Assembly: GCA_951406725.2 (NCBI GenBank)
Contig: OX597832.1
Span: 1,426,001-1,490,000, forward strand
Direction: 5' to 3'
DNA length: 64,000 bases
From: Octopus vulgaris
Lineage: Eukaryota
The translations under genes were made by a program, and so were the position numbers. Numbering within the stretch: the stretch's first letter is position 1; each line of letters opens with the position of its first letter. Below are positions 40,004-51,599 of this stretch, piece after piece. Below the pieces are notes generated by a model. The model saw nothing but the letters and a program-made list of their open reading frames with translations. It searched no databases and was not told the origin of the DNA.

Positions 40004-40046
40004 CCACTACAATCGTTTCTTGTCTTGATCGACAATCTTCAGGTGG
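40004..40046 (-). ncRNA. Minimal type I hammerhead in the inverted pLTR
   Basis: Reverse complement of 41111-41153. Confidence 0.82.
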
Positions 40047-41110
40047 ACTTCAATCTAAAATATCAATATTTAAAAAATAAAAATAATAATTTTAAAATAA
40101 TTAAAGTATGAATGAAAGAATATAAATATATAATCCATATATAACCTATATATAATCCATATATAATCAATATATAAACAATATATAAACTAAAATAAAC
40201 CTATCAACAATTAAATATAAAATATAAAATATAAAATATAAAACAAAACAAAAAAATAATAATAATATAATAATAAACTATATATACACCCATACACAAA
40301 TACCTAATTATAAATAACCACATACACTAAATCACACACCTATATATATATCCCTATACATACACATAAAAACGTCTAGGCAACTATAAATAAATAAAAT
40401 AGCTAAATACTTCAACACAATACTTATTCATACTCCCACACACACACACATACGGACATCACTCAAAATTATGAACGGAGAAATGGAATAAATGGAATTA
40501 ATTTTATGAGTTTTGGTTTATCATGGTAGGTTTGTTAAGGAATTCGTAGTAATTTGTGTCTATTTGCGATGTCTGTTGTTTTATTGCATTGTTTCATTCA
40601 TAATTTTTAAGTAGTGTTCGTTTTACCAAGTGAATATAATTTTTAATTCCATTTATTCCATTTCTCCGTTCATAATTTTGAGTGATGTCCGTTTTCTAGA
40701 GCGTGAATGTGGGTTGTATGTGTGTGTGTGTGGGAGTATGAATAAGTATTTAGCTATTTTATTTATTTATAGTTGCCTAGACGTTTTTATGTGTATGTAT
40801 AGGGATATATATATAGGTGTGTGATTTAGTGTATGTGGTTATTTATAATTAGGTATTTGTGTATGGGTGTATATATAGTTTATTATTATATTATTATTAT
40901 TTTTTTGTTTTGTTTTATATTTTATATTTTATATTTTATATTTAATTGTTGATAGGTTTATTTTAGTTTATATATTGTTTATATATTGATTATATATGGA
41001 TTATATATAGGTTATATATGGATTATATATTTATATTCTTTCATTCATACTTTAATTATTTTAAAATTATTATTTTTATTTTTTAAATATTGATATTTTA
41101 GATTGGAAGT

Positions 41111-41153
41111 CCACCTGAAGATTGTCGATCAAGACAAGAAACGATTGTAGTGG
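41111..41153 (+). ncRNA. Minimal type I hammerhead in the 5' pLTR
   Basis: ccac-CTGAAGA-ttgtc(gatcaa)gacaa-GAAA-cgattg-TA-gtgg; predicted cleavage after A41149. Confidence 0.85.
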
Positions 41154-41387
41154 CGGTTTTTTTGACTATTTATTAAAATTTTATGTATTGATTAAGTCTT
41201 TCCTTGTTTGTTTTGCAAAATAGTGGTTTTGTCTCTAATAATATTTTATAATATTTTACTATAAAATTGGATTTAATCCTAAATCTGATTTTTTTCCCTG
41301 TAAATTTGGATTTATTCCCTAATATTTATTATTTATATAATATTGATAATTTTGTATATTGAGTGTAATACCTCAATTTCGTAAATT

Positions 41388-42947
41388 ATGGATTTTACAG
41401 GTAAGATAGAACCGCTGTTTTGGGATTCATCTTTGAAAGATATTCCTATTCCTTCTAGAAAGGAATTTATCTTGAAACTTGTTAATAATGTTAAAGATTT
41501 TATTTCTAGAATTAAATGGAAAGCTTTTTACTATAATTTTTATTTATTTAATGATATTGATAGTAGGAATGATAATTTTACCTCTAAATTTAAATCTAGA
41601 AAGGAACCTCCATTTAATAAAGAATTACAATTACTTGAAGATAGTATATGGAAGGTGGTAAAAAATATTGAATTCCATAAATACCCAAATAGAAATAATG
41701 AATATTTAAGGAATTTAGCAATTAAAATTAAAGATATGAGAAATATGGATGGTATTATAGTACAATCTGATAAAACAAGGAACTTATATAAATTAGATGT
41801 TAAATTATATGATAAACTATTAGGGAAAGAAATAATTAAAAAATATAAAATTGTTCCAGATGATATTCTTTATAATATTAATAAGGCCTCTAAAGTAGTA
41901 ATGTTAAAATATGAGTTGGATAATAAAACTGAACCTTATGTACCTTTGCACCCCAGAATTACTCTTAAAGACCATAAAGATAATTTTTATTCAGACCCTA
42001 AAGTTAGATTAATTTGCCCATGTAAATCGGACCTAGGTAATTTAAGTAAATTTATTTTAGATAAATATATTGATAAGTTAAATAAACTTAATTATTTAAA
42101 ATTATGGTTTAGTAATAATAATACATTGAAATGGTTTAATAATATTAAAGATAAAAATCGTTATAAATTTATTCAAATAGATATAGATAATTATTATTCT
42201 TCTATTAATGAAATTGTGTTTAATAAAGCGCTTATTTTCGCAATGAATAAAGTAGGTATGTCACGGGAAGAAGTTAATGTAATTAAAATGGCTAGGAAAT
42301 CGCTAATTAAATATAAAAATAAATTATGGGCTAGGAATGATACTAGAGATTGTTTTGATATACCTATGGGAGCACCAGATTCTGCACAGGCTACTGATTT
42401 AGTAGGTATTTTTCTTTTATCTGAACTCCAATTAGAAAATCTTAAGATAGAGGGTGGTTTATATAGAGACGATCTTCTACTAGTTACAAAGAATTGTACT
42501 AATAGGAATCTAGAAGTATATAAGAAAAAACTATATAGTTTCTTTAAAAGATATGGTTTAAGTATTACTATATATAAGGAGAATTATAATGTTAATTATT
42601 TAGATGTTAATTTTAATCTTATTACAGGTAAAACACAACCATATCATAAACTTAATGAGAACCTTAGATATATAAATGTTAATAGTAATCACCCATTTTC
42701 TATTAAAAAATCGTTGATTAATAATATAAGTAAACGTATTTCATTACTCTCTTATGATATAGAGATTTTTAATAAACATGCTAATTATTATAATGAGGCC
42801 CTTAGAGGGGCAGGTTATAATAGGAATATTAAATTTTATAATATTAGTGATAAAGATTTAATTGTTAATTTTCGAGATACTTCTAATAATATTTATAATT
42901 TTGTTAGGTTTAATGGTAAAAATAATAGATATTATAAAAAAAAATAA
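41388..42947 (+). CDS. Penelope-like reverse transcriptase (519 aa; N-terminal part of a frameshifted RT-EN ORF)
   Basis: SLKDIPIPS, SDKTRNLY, RITLKDHK..PKVRLI, FIQIDIDNYYSSI, IPMGAPDS, GGLYRDD, VNYLDV, SNHP. Confidence 0.92.
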   Translation: MDFTGKIEPLFWDSSLKDIPIPSRKEFILKLVNNVKDFISRIKWKAFYYNFYLFNDIDSRNDNFTSKFKSRKEPPFNKELQLLEDSIWKVVKNIEFHKYPNRNNEYLRNLAIKIKDMRNMDGIIVQSDKTRNLYKLDVKLYDKLLGKEIIKKYKIVPDDILYNINKASKVVMLKYELDNKTEPYVPLHPRITLKDHKDNFYSDPKVRLICPCKSDLGNLSKFILDKYIDKLNKLNYLKLWFSNNNTLKWFNNIKDKNRYKFIQIDIDNYYSSINEIVFNKALIFAMNKVGMSREEVNVIKMARKSLIKYKNKLWARNDTRDCFDIPMGAPDSAQATDLVGIFLLSELQLENLKIEGGLYRDDLLLVTKNCTNRNLEVYKKKLYSFFKRYGLSITIYKENYNVNYLDVNFNLITGKTQPYHKLNENLRYINVNSNHPFSIKKSLINNISKRISLLSYDIEIFNKHANYYNEALRGAGYNRNIKFYNISDKDLIVNFRDTSNNIYNFVRFNGKNNRYYKKK

Positions 42948-43905
42948 TAAAAATGATAAAAATATAAATAAGAATAATAATAATAATAATAAATATAATA
43001 ATAATAATATAAATAAGAATAATAAAAATAAAAATAAATTTAATAATTATTATAATAATTATATTGATAAATTTAATAATATTAATAATTCCTTAAATGC
43101 TGTACATAGATATAATTATGATAATAATTTTAATAAAATAAAGAATTATAAATATATTTATAATAATGATAATAATAATAAGGTTAATAAGAATAAAATT
43201 TGGTTAATAGTTCCTTATGGAGATCAAGTAAAAACGAATATTATTAAAGAGATTTTAGATGTTATAGAACTATTTATTAGAGATAATCGTAAATATAGAA
43301 ACATTTTCTCTTTTAATAATTTTGGAGTTGGTTACTCTACCACTAATAATGTTGGTAACATTATTTCTTCATTTAATAAATATAAACTGAATAATTTTTA
43401 TAAAAAGAAATTATTTGATAATAATATTAATAATGATAAGACTTATATTAATTGTACATGTAGAGATAAATCTAATTGTATATTAAATAATAATTGTGAT
43501 ATTAACGATGTAGTGTATAAATGTATAGTTACATTACATGATAATAACTTTAAGAATAATAATTACACAAAATCGGTTTATATAGGTTCTACTTCCTCAA
43601 AAATAAAACTAAGAATCGCACAACATATGAATTCTTTTAAAAATAAAAACTTAATCAACTCAACCGGACTTAGTAAGTACATTTGGAGTCTTAAATCACT
43701 AAATATTAATTATAGTTTAATTTGGGAAATTATTTGTAAAACTAAATCATATACTATAGGAGCTAATTGTTGTTATTTATGCTCTAATGAGTTTAAAGAA
43801 ATTTTATTTTATAAGTATGATAATTTACTTAATACTGGTGAAGAGCGCAAAATAAAATGCAGACATAAGTTACTTTACCTATATAATAAGTTTCATGATA
43901 AATAG
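42945..43905 (+). CDS. Asn-rich linker + GIY-YIG endonuclease (+1 frame continuation of the RT; track ORF 42862-43905)
   Basis: CTCRDKSNCILNNNC, VVYKC...VYIGST..KLRIAQHMNSF, STGLSKYIW, CYLCSNE, KCRH; removing one A from the A9 run at 42936-42944 fuses the two ORFs. Confidence 0.88.
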
Positions 43906-46900
43906 CAATAATAGTCCCTTTTAGGTTACTTTAGTTTAGTTTAAATTAGTTTAGATAATATATTTTTGGTTATGTTGTCTAGGCTTTAATTATAGTTAGT
44001 CTTTATTGATATTTCTTTGTTTTAATTAGTTCAGTTTTAATGTATATTAATTTAACAGTTTATGGTATGTTAAAACTTTAATAATTTATATTAGATTTTT
44101 TTATTTTCTTCATTTATATATTTTTTTATTTTTTTATTTTTTTATTTTTTTATTTATTTTTTTTTTTAATTTTTATTTTATTTTATTATGTATTTTTATT
44201 ATGCATTTGTTATATGTATTTTGGAGGATATATATATTTATATGTTGATGGGTGTTATTTAGTGGTGTTTTTATTGAGTTTTGTATGTATGTGTGAATGT
44301 TTATGATCCTTTTGTTTTTTGTTTCTTATTTGGTATGTGGAATTGACAGATTTTATTTGGGTATTGTCTGTTATAATAAAGTACACACACCCATAACAAA
44401 TATAAGTGCCCACTTCATTCGGTGTACCTGGAATTGCATGTGAGCCTCAACATATACACCTAACGGCCACTCCCGCCCCATACGGATAAATAAACACATA
44501 CATCCCCAAAAATGGGCGTAATCCCACTCACACCAATCATATATATACAATTATACACACTAGAATAATACATAACTAACCCAAATATACAGAACATACC
44601 AAAAATCACCAACTAACCACCATCACAAATGAAACCCACACCCATATAATGACTAAACTCCCCCCTCCATACCCAATTTACACCCACATAGCAATCCCAA
44701 TATATTCATCCATACATGGACGCACGTGCGTGAAGCACATGCACACAATAAATACGTACAACCCCCCAATACACACTCATATACATACGTATCAAGCTCG
44801 ACATCCACAGCGATACGATTACACCCACTCACACCAAGATGGGTGAATTGCACAACCAGGGAACGCACACACACACGTGTGCGTTTTTTGATTGTGCAAC
44901 TCGCCCATATGCATGTATGCGGGCGCGATTACATTGTTGCATATATCGAGCCCAAATAGCATGCATATGTACATGTGAGGGGGTACACGCAAATGACGTG
45001 CGCGTGTACCCCCTGCATTTATACCCGTGCGTGAATATACACATGGAGACTACCACACAGGTACAAATGTGTATAGTAATGGGAGCCCCATCACTACACT
45101 CAATGTATACTCTCACCCATCCGCACGGATGTGTAAGTGAATCTCCGGTGTATATGTTGAGGCTTATATTGTAGCGTTGGGGAGGCGAACGTCGTTGAAA
45201 TTGTGAATGAATGGGTGGAGTTGGGAATTGTAACCGGGTGGTGGACTAGCGTTGCTTGTAATTGTGAGTGGAATAGTGTAGTAGTGAGGTAGGCATCGAG
45301 AATAGGTTTGGGTTGCTGCAAGTTGTTTGTTAGAGATGCTAAGGTGAGCTAAAGCTCATAAATGTATATAATGATTTTTCATGGTAGTTTTTTAAAGTAG
45401 TGTTGGTTTGCCACGTGAATATAGTTTTTAGTTCCATTTTTTCTATTTCTCCATTCATAATTTTAAATGACGTTTACTTTCCATGGCGCGTATTCTTTTT
45501 TTTACATAAGTTATTTCTATGGTAACGTAATTTTGGTTTGATTTTTTTAACGGCTAAGAATTTAATTTCACTTCATAATTTGAAATTGACTTGTAAGTAT
45601 GTATTTTATTTATCCTTATGTCATATTGTTATTTTTGATATTCTGGTTAATTACGATGTATTTAATGTTGTTTTCATAGGAGTGTTTATGTATATGAGAT
45701 TGTGTGTGAGTTTTTAGTTGTATAATTTATTTATCTGTATGAGTGTGGATGTGTAAATATTGTTGTATATATCGAGTTTAGTGAGTATGTATATGCGTAT
45801 ATGTGAGGGAGTATATGTATCTGTTGTGTGTGTGTGTTTTGCGTGTGTGTGTGTTTGTGTGTGAATGTGTATATGGGTTTGTTATTTAGGTTTTGGGATG
45901 TATGTGTTAATTTGTCTGTGTGGGGATGGAGTGGGTTTTGGTGTATATTGAGGTTTATAAGTTAGTATAGGTATGTGTATTAGTCGTGGGTCTGTGGTTT
46001 AAGTGTGTGTATTTGTGTGTGAATGTTTAGGTTAGGGGGATTGCTATATAGGTTTGTTATAGAGTTTAGCAAAGGGAGATTTTATTGTTATATGTTTTTA
46101 AGAGTTTTGGTTTATCATGGTTTTTTTAGGGAATTCGTGGTAATTTGTCTATTTTCGATGTTGGTTGTTTTATTACATTGTTTCATTCATAATTTTTGAG
46201 TGGTGTTAGTTTTGCCACGTGAATATTATTTTTAATTCCATTTATTCCATTTCTCCATTCATTAATTTAAAGATGTTCGTTTCCAGAGCGGTTATACTTT
46301 TATATGTTAAGTTCCTTGGTAAAGTTATTTTGTTTGGTGTATATGTTGAGGCTTATATGTACTTGTGGGTGTGTGTGAGTGGGGTGGGTATTTGTATTTG
46401 TTATGGGTGTGTGGTTTACGTGTGTGTATTTGTGTGTGAATGTATAGGTTAAAGGGATTGCTATATAAGTATGTTATAGTGTTTAGTAAAGGGAGGTTTT
46501 ATCATTTCTGTTTTGTGAGTTTTAGCTTATCATGGTAGTTTTATAAAAGAATCCATTCATAATTTTTGTGTTTATTTGTATGTGTGGGGTTGAGTGGGTT
46601 TTTGGAGTATATGTTGAGGTTTATATGTATGTATTGGTATGTGTAAGTGGTGTGTGTATTTGTATATGTCGTGGGTGTGTGGTTTACGTGTGTGTATTTG
46701 TGTGTGAATGTTTAGGTTAGGGGGATTGCTATATAGGTATGTTATAGAGTTTAGTAAAGGGAGATTTTATCATTATTTGTTTTTATGAGTTTTGGTTTAT
46801 CATGGTAGGTTTGTTAAGGAATTCGTAGTAATTTGTGTCTATTTGCGATGTCTGTTGTTTTATTGCATTGTTTCATTCATAATTTTTAAGTAGTGTTCGT

Positions 46901-47389
46901 TTTACCAAGTGAATATAATTTTTAATTCCATTTATTCCATTTCTCCGTTCATAATTTTGAGTGATGTCCGTTTTCTAGAGCGTGAATGTGGGTTGTATGT
47001 GTGTGTGTGTGGGAGTATGAATAAGTATTTAGCTATTTTATTTATTTATAGTTGCCTAGACGTTTTTATGTGTATGTATAGGGATATATATATAGGTGTG
47101 TGATTTAGTGTATGTGGTTATTTATAATTAGGTATTTGTGTATGGGTGTATATATAGTTTATTATTATATTATTATTATTTTTTTGTTTTGTTTTATATT
47201 TTATATTTTATATTTTATATTTAATTGTTGATAGGTTTATTTTAGTTTATATATTGTTTATATATTGATTATATATGGATTATATATAGGTTATATATGG
47301 ATTATATATTTATATTCTTTCATTCATACTTTAATTATTTTAAAATTATTATTTTTATTTTTTAAATATTGATATTTTAGATTGGAAGT

Positions 47390-47432
47390 CCACCTGAAGA
47401 TTGTCGATCAAGACAAGAAACGATTGTAGTGG
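47390..47432 (+). ncRNA. Minimal type I hammerhead in the 3' pLTR
   Basis: Identical to 41111-41153; predicted cleavage after A47428. Confidence 0.85.
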
Positions 47433-47519
47433 CGGTTTTTTTGACTATTTATTAAAATTTTATGTATTGATTAAGTCTTTCCTTGTTTGTTTTGCAAAAT
47501 AGTGGTTTTGTCTCTAATA

Positions 47520-47549
<30 letters not shown>

Positions 47550-47556
<7 letters not shown>

Positions 47557-47665
47557 ATATGGGGTGGTAACGTTCATACACGGATATACTCGTGACGCTG
47601 AATATATTCGTAAGTACATAGACACACACACGCACATACACACATCGATACATACATACATACAT

Positions 47666-47717
<52 letters not shown>

Positions 47718-48885
47718 ATAGATACTATAAACGTATATATGTCTACTGTACACCATTTTAAATTCGTGATTACCTGTGTGCACGTTTGTAAAAGTGTGTG
47801 TGTTTGTGTCTGTGTTTATGTGTGTGTCACGTCGCATAACTGTCTGTCTCTGTGCTTTAGTAGACCCCCCCCCCTGTTGCTGTCACATATTGTGAAATTT
47901 TAAAATTACGTCAAAATTTTAAAATTTGGTATATTGAAATGATTTTCCACGTTAAATCCGATTTTGTTATTTATTTATTCCTGAAAAATTGTAGAAAAAT
48001 GTTACTGAGGTTTAAAGTTTAATCAAGAAAATCTGTCCTGATCAGAAAATAGGATTTGGAAGCTGGCATGTTCGCTATGATACCTGTCTATCACAAAATA
48101 TAAGCAAAATCATTACGTGGAGAAATTTTTATTAAACAAACGAAAGTAAAGGATTACGACGACCAAAGTTGTAAGAACTTTTGAAATTTTAATAAGTTTC
48201 ATCTGAAACGGTCGAACAGACGTGTAAATAATTTAAAAAGGAAAAAAATCTGCAAGGAAGTTTTTTGAGAAAAATTGCACAAATCTGTCCTGATCAAGAA
48301 GCCTATCTGTCGGGGAAGGCATGGTTTGACATGGAAAAAACAAAAATTTATATAAGACATTCTATTGTAAAAATTGCCCGGCAACGACGGGCTGTTCAGC
48401 TAGTTCGTCACTATTATACAAAAGTGTTGTTGCTTTTTCAGACAACGAGAAAATAGTTTCACCACTCCATAGTAAATCCGTTGTACTACACTGACAATTT
48501 TTGATATCTTGGCATCTGAAGCAGCTGAAGCAGCTGGAGATACGACAGTTTGACCAAAAGAACCAGCTATTACGATTAAAAATAAATATTGCAAAAAACA
48601 CATTTGGCCAAATTTAGACATACGACTGTTTAGCATAGCAAAACAAAAATACACACACTCACACACACATATATATGTGTATACATATGTATACGAATAT
48701 ATTCAGCGTCACGAGTATATCCGTGAATAACAGTTGTATGAACGTTACCACCCCATATACAAATATATATGTGTATACATATGTATACACATATATATGT
48801 GTGTGAGTGTGTGTGTATTTTTGTTTTGTTATGCTAAACTGTCGTATGTCTAAATTTGGCCAAATGTGTTTTTTGCAATATTTAT
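47550..48885. repeat. Interlocked inverted repeats (MITE-like or fold-back)
   Basis: 47550-47612 is inverted relative to 48692-48765 (with a short indel); 48583-48694 is inverted relative to 48773-48885. Confidence 0.7.
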
Positions 48886-48890
48886 GTATA

Positions 48891-49150
48891 GTGGCTGTGT
48901 GGTAAATAGCTTGCTGACCAACCACATGGTTCCGAGTTCAGTCTCACTGCGTGGCACCTAGGGCAAGTATCTTTTACGATATCCTTGGGCCGATCAAAGC
49001 ATTGTGAGTGGATGTGGTAGACAGAAACATTATATTGTGTAGTGTAATGCGGCATTTCGTCTGTCCTCACGTTCTGAGTTCAAATTCTACTGATGTCGAC
49101 TTTACATGTCATCCGTTTCGGATGTATAAAACGAACACTAGTTAAATTGC
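48891..49150 (+). mobile_element. tRNA-derived SINE (diverged, partial)
   Basis: gtggctgtgtggtaaatagcttgc...gagttcagtc head as in the other copies. Confidence 0.78.
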
Positions 49151-49337
49151 TGGCATTGTGCCAAAATTTGAAACCAATATTATATTGTGTAGTTATCTAA
49201 ATTTACCCTTAAGCTCTGCTGCATAGATAGTTGGATAATTTAGTGCACAAAATATTATTGATAAATTATTGTCCGGTAAATAAATCTATCATATGAGTGG
49301 AAAAACAGAATTAGCCACTCCCTTGTCAGTTTGTGAA

Positions 49338-49403
<66 letters not shown>

Positions 49404-49684
49404 TTCTACTCTGATTGATTGGTTGCAATACAAAGTATCTCCTCACTCACTTGGGATTAACCACCCTACTGAATACAATATATATATTTTTGTTAGCATA
49501 TTTTTTCGCAGAATGCTTTTAGTGCTAAAATGTTGAATATCACCAAATGAAATGCATATTATGTATCATTAAAGAAATAGTCATGGAAGCATACGCAGCA
49601 TAATTTGAGCTGTCCATTCATATTCCTTTGTGTGTGTGAGTGTGTGTGTGTGTGTGTGTGCGTGTGCTCGCGCGCGTGCATATA

Positions 49685-50770
49685 CAGATGTACAAAATAA
49701 TTGAAATACAACTTATTTAACTATATTTTCCATTGGCAATATGCCAAATTCAAAGCTGTTCTAGTCTGTATCTATGTGTTCATATTCATTATATATCCTG
49801 TTCTTAATGACATAGCAGCTGGTCTCCCCATTTCTTCTGGCAGATATTGATATTGATAAGTTAAAATACGTGATCTCTCTGATTTCCAAAGTGGACAAAT
49901 TGTTGAAGCGCGGATGGCTAGAACTTCAGTTAATAAAACTATAGCATTATTTAATGTTTGGAGAAATTATGTTGGCATTCAAAAACCAAGATATAACCAG
50001 CTCCGGCAAATATAATTCTGGACGGAAAGCATACTCACAGAGAGGGTCTGCAGAATAATGAAACGAATTGTGTCAAAAACCAATCGAAAACAAAAGTAAT
50101 AGCAGAGCTAAACTACGAACTTGCCAACCAAAACCGTTTCCCCATAGCTCCATAAAACTAGATACAACGAGAGGGCTGCAATTGCTAAACTTATCCTGTC
50201 TCTTCAATATCTATAAGCGTGAAAATAGTATCTAGACTCTCAGAAGTAATTAGTGACTCAATGGAACAATGTCATCGCTCATGAATAATCGTTCACCCTT
50301 TCTGTCACTTCAGGGTGTGCTTATATCTGGAGACAACCTAAAGAAGCCTTCAACTTTAACCGTTTGACCTTCTACAGAGAAGCATGGAGGTAGCTCTGTT
50401 ATGATTTGGACTGCCGTATTTTGGAATTCTCCTGGCCCTTCATTTGTTCTATATGGCAGAGTTAATGCCAACTAGTATCTAACTATTTTGGTTGATCATG
50501 TCCATACTGTAGTACAAATAATGCTCCCTGACGGTGGCAAAATTTGTAGGACAATTAAACACTGATTCATACAGTTTATATTATTCAAAATTGGTAGGAA
50601 GAGCACAAAAGTGAAGTAAACAACTTAGACTGATCCTACAATCACGAGATCTCATTATAACTGAACATTTATCGTGCATTTTGGAGCAGCAAGCTGAGGG
50701 GCCACTTTCCCCCGCCATCATTGACTGAAGAGCTAAAGCAGGTTTTACTTGAAGAATGGCTCACATTTTC
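49685..50770 (+). mobile_element. Heavily decayed Tc1-like transposon
   Basis: Fragments DLSDFQSGQIVEARMA, NSGRK, IWRQPKEAF, KHGGSSVMIW, YLTILVDHVH across frames. Confidence 0.7.
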
Positions 50771-50813
50771 CTTGCTGTTCAGCGAAGCCCGCCCATCTAG
50801 CAATTTGACAGGA

Positions 50814-50861
50814 CCAGTAGACCAAATTGGTTTCAGGGTATTTGCCGTTCTTCAGTACTGG
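50814..50861 (-). ncRNA. Type I hammerhead ribozyme motif
   Basis: Minus strand ccagta-CTGAAGA-acgg(caaata)ccct-GAAA-ccaa(t)ttgg-TC-tactgg; 6-bp stem I, GUC triplet; inverted degenerate copy at 51084-51131 (GAAA>AAAA). Confidence 0.78.
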
Positions 50862-51279
50862 ACACATGTCTGCTTCAGAAGAAGTTTTCCTGGGGTTGAA
50901 AAATAGTAGTAACGTCGTACTGTACGGAACAGCCATGTTGAAGTGGCAACAAACAATACTTTTCAGTGTTCTTACTACCTGCATCTCTTATAGAGATTTT
51001 AGAATTAGCTACATTGCTTGTCGCTAATTTTTCTATATATTGCAGCTAGGGCGAACGACTGCCATCTTCTAGCAGACAGGTGTCCAGTACTGAGGAACGA
51101 CAAATACCCTAAAACCAGGTTGGTCTACTGATCCTGTCAAATCGCTAGATTGTAGGGGTTCACTCCCCTGCTTGCAATATATTGGACACAGCTGGAGAAG
51201 TTCTCCTGGTGTTAAAAAATATTAGTAACGTCGTTCCGTTCGGATCAGCTATGTTGAAGTGGCAATAAACATTACTTTT

Positions 51280-51311
<32 letters not shown>

Positions 51312-51333
51312 GTATATATATATATATATATCG

Positions 51334-51378
<45 letters not shown>

Positions 51379-51599
51379 AGCAAAGGAACCCGGCGTTGCC
51401 CGGGAATTAAATTATTCCTTATATATTGGAAGAAAAAAGCAAAATATGTTGTATAGAAATTTGTTATTCTAAATTCAATTTAATATTCAATTGGGAAATC
51501 AATTCTGAATTCATAATATAAAAGAAAAAAAATTAATAATAGTAATAAACGAAGCATTTTATCATATACACGGCGATGTTCTGGAAGAAGTTTAGGTTC

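Larger units (their letters stand above)
39826..47529 (+). mobile_element. Near-complete Penelope-like element 3 (Naiad-like): inverted pLTR, direct pLTR, ORF, 3' region, direct pLTR
   Basis: Direct repeats 40502-41250 and 46781-47529 (offset 6279, identical by eye); inverted copy 39826-40499; hammerhead in all three; (TA)n on both flanks; RT + GIY-YIG ORF. Confidence 0.93.

Noticed and set aside
22292-43905. Selenocysteine recoding, reported for some Naiad PLEs
   Set aside because: No in-frame TGA seen at conserved Cys positions in the three elements
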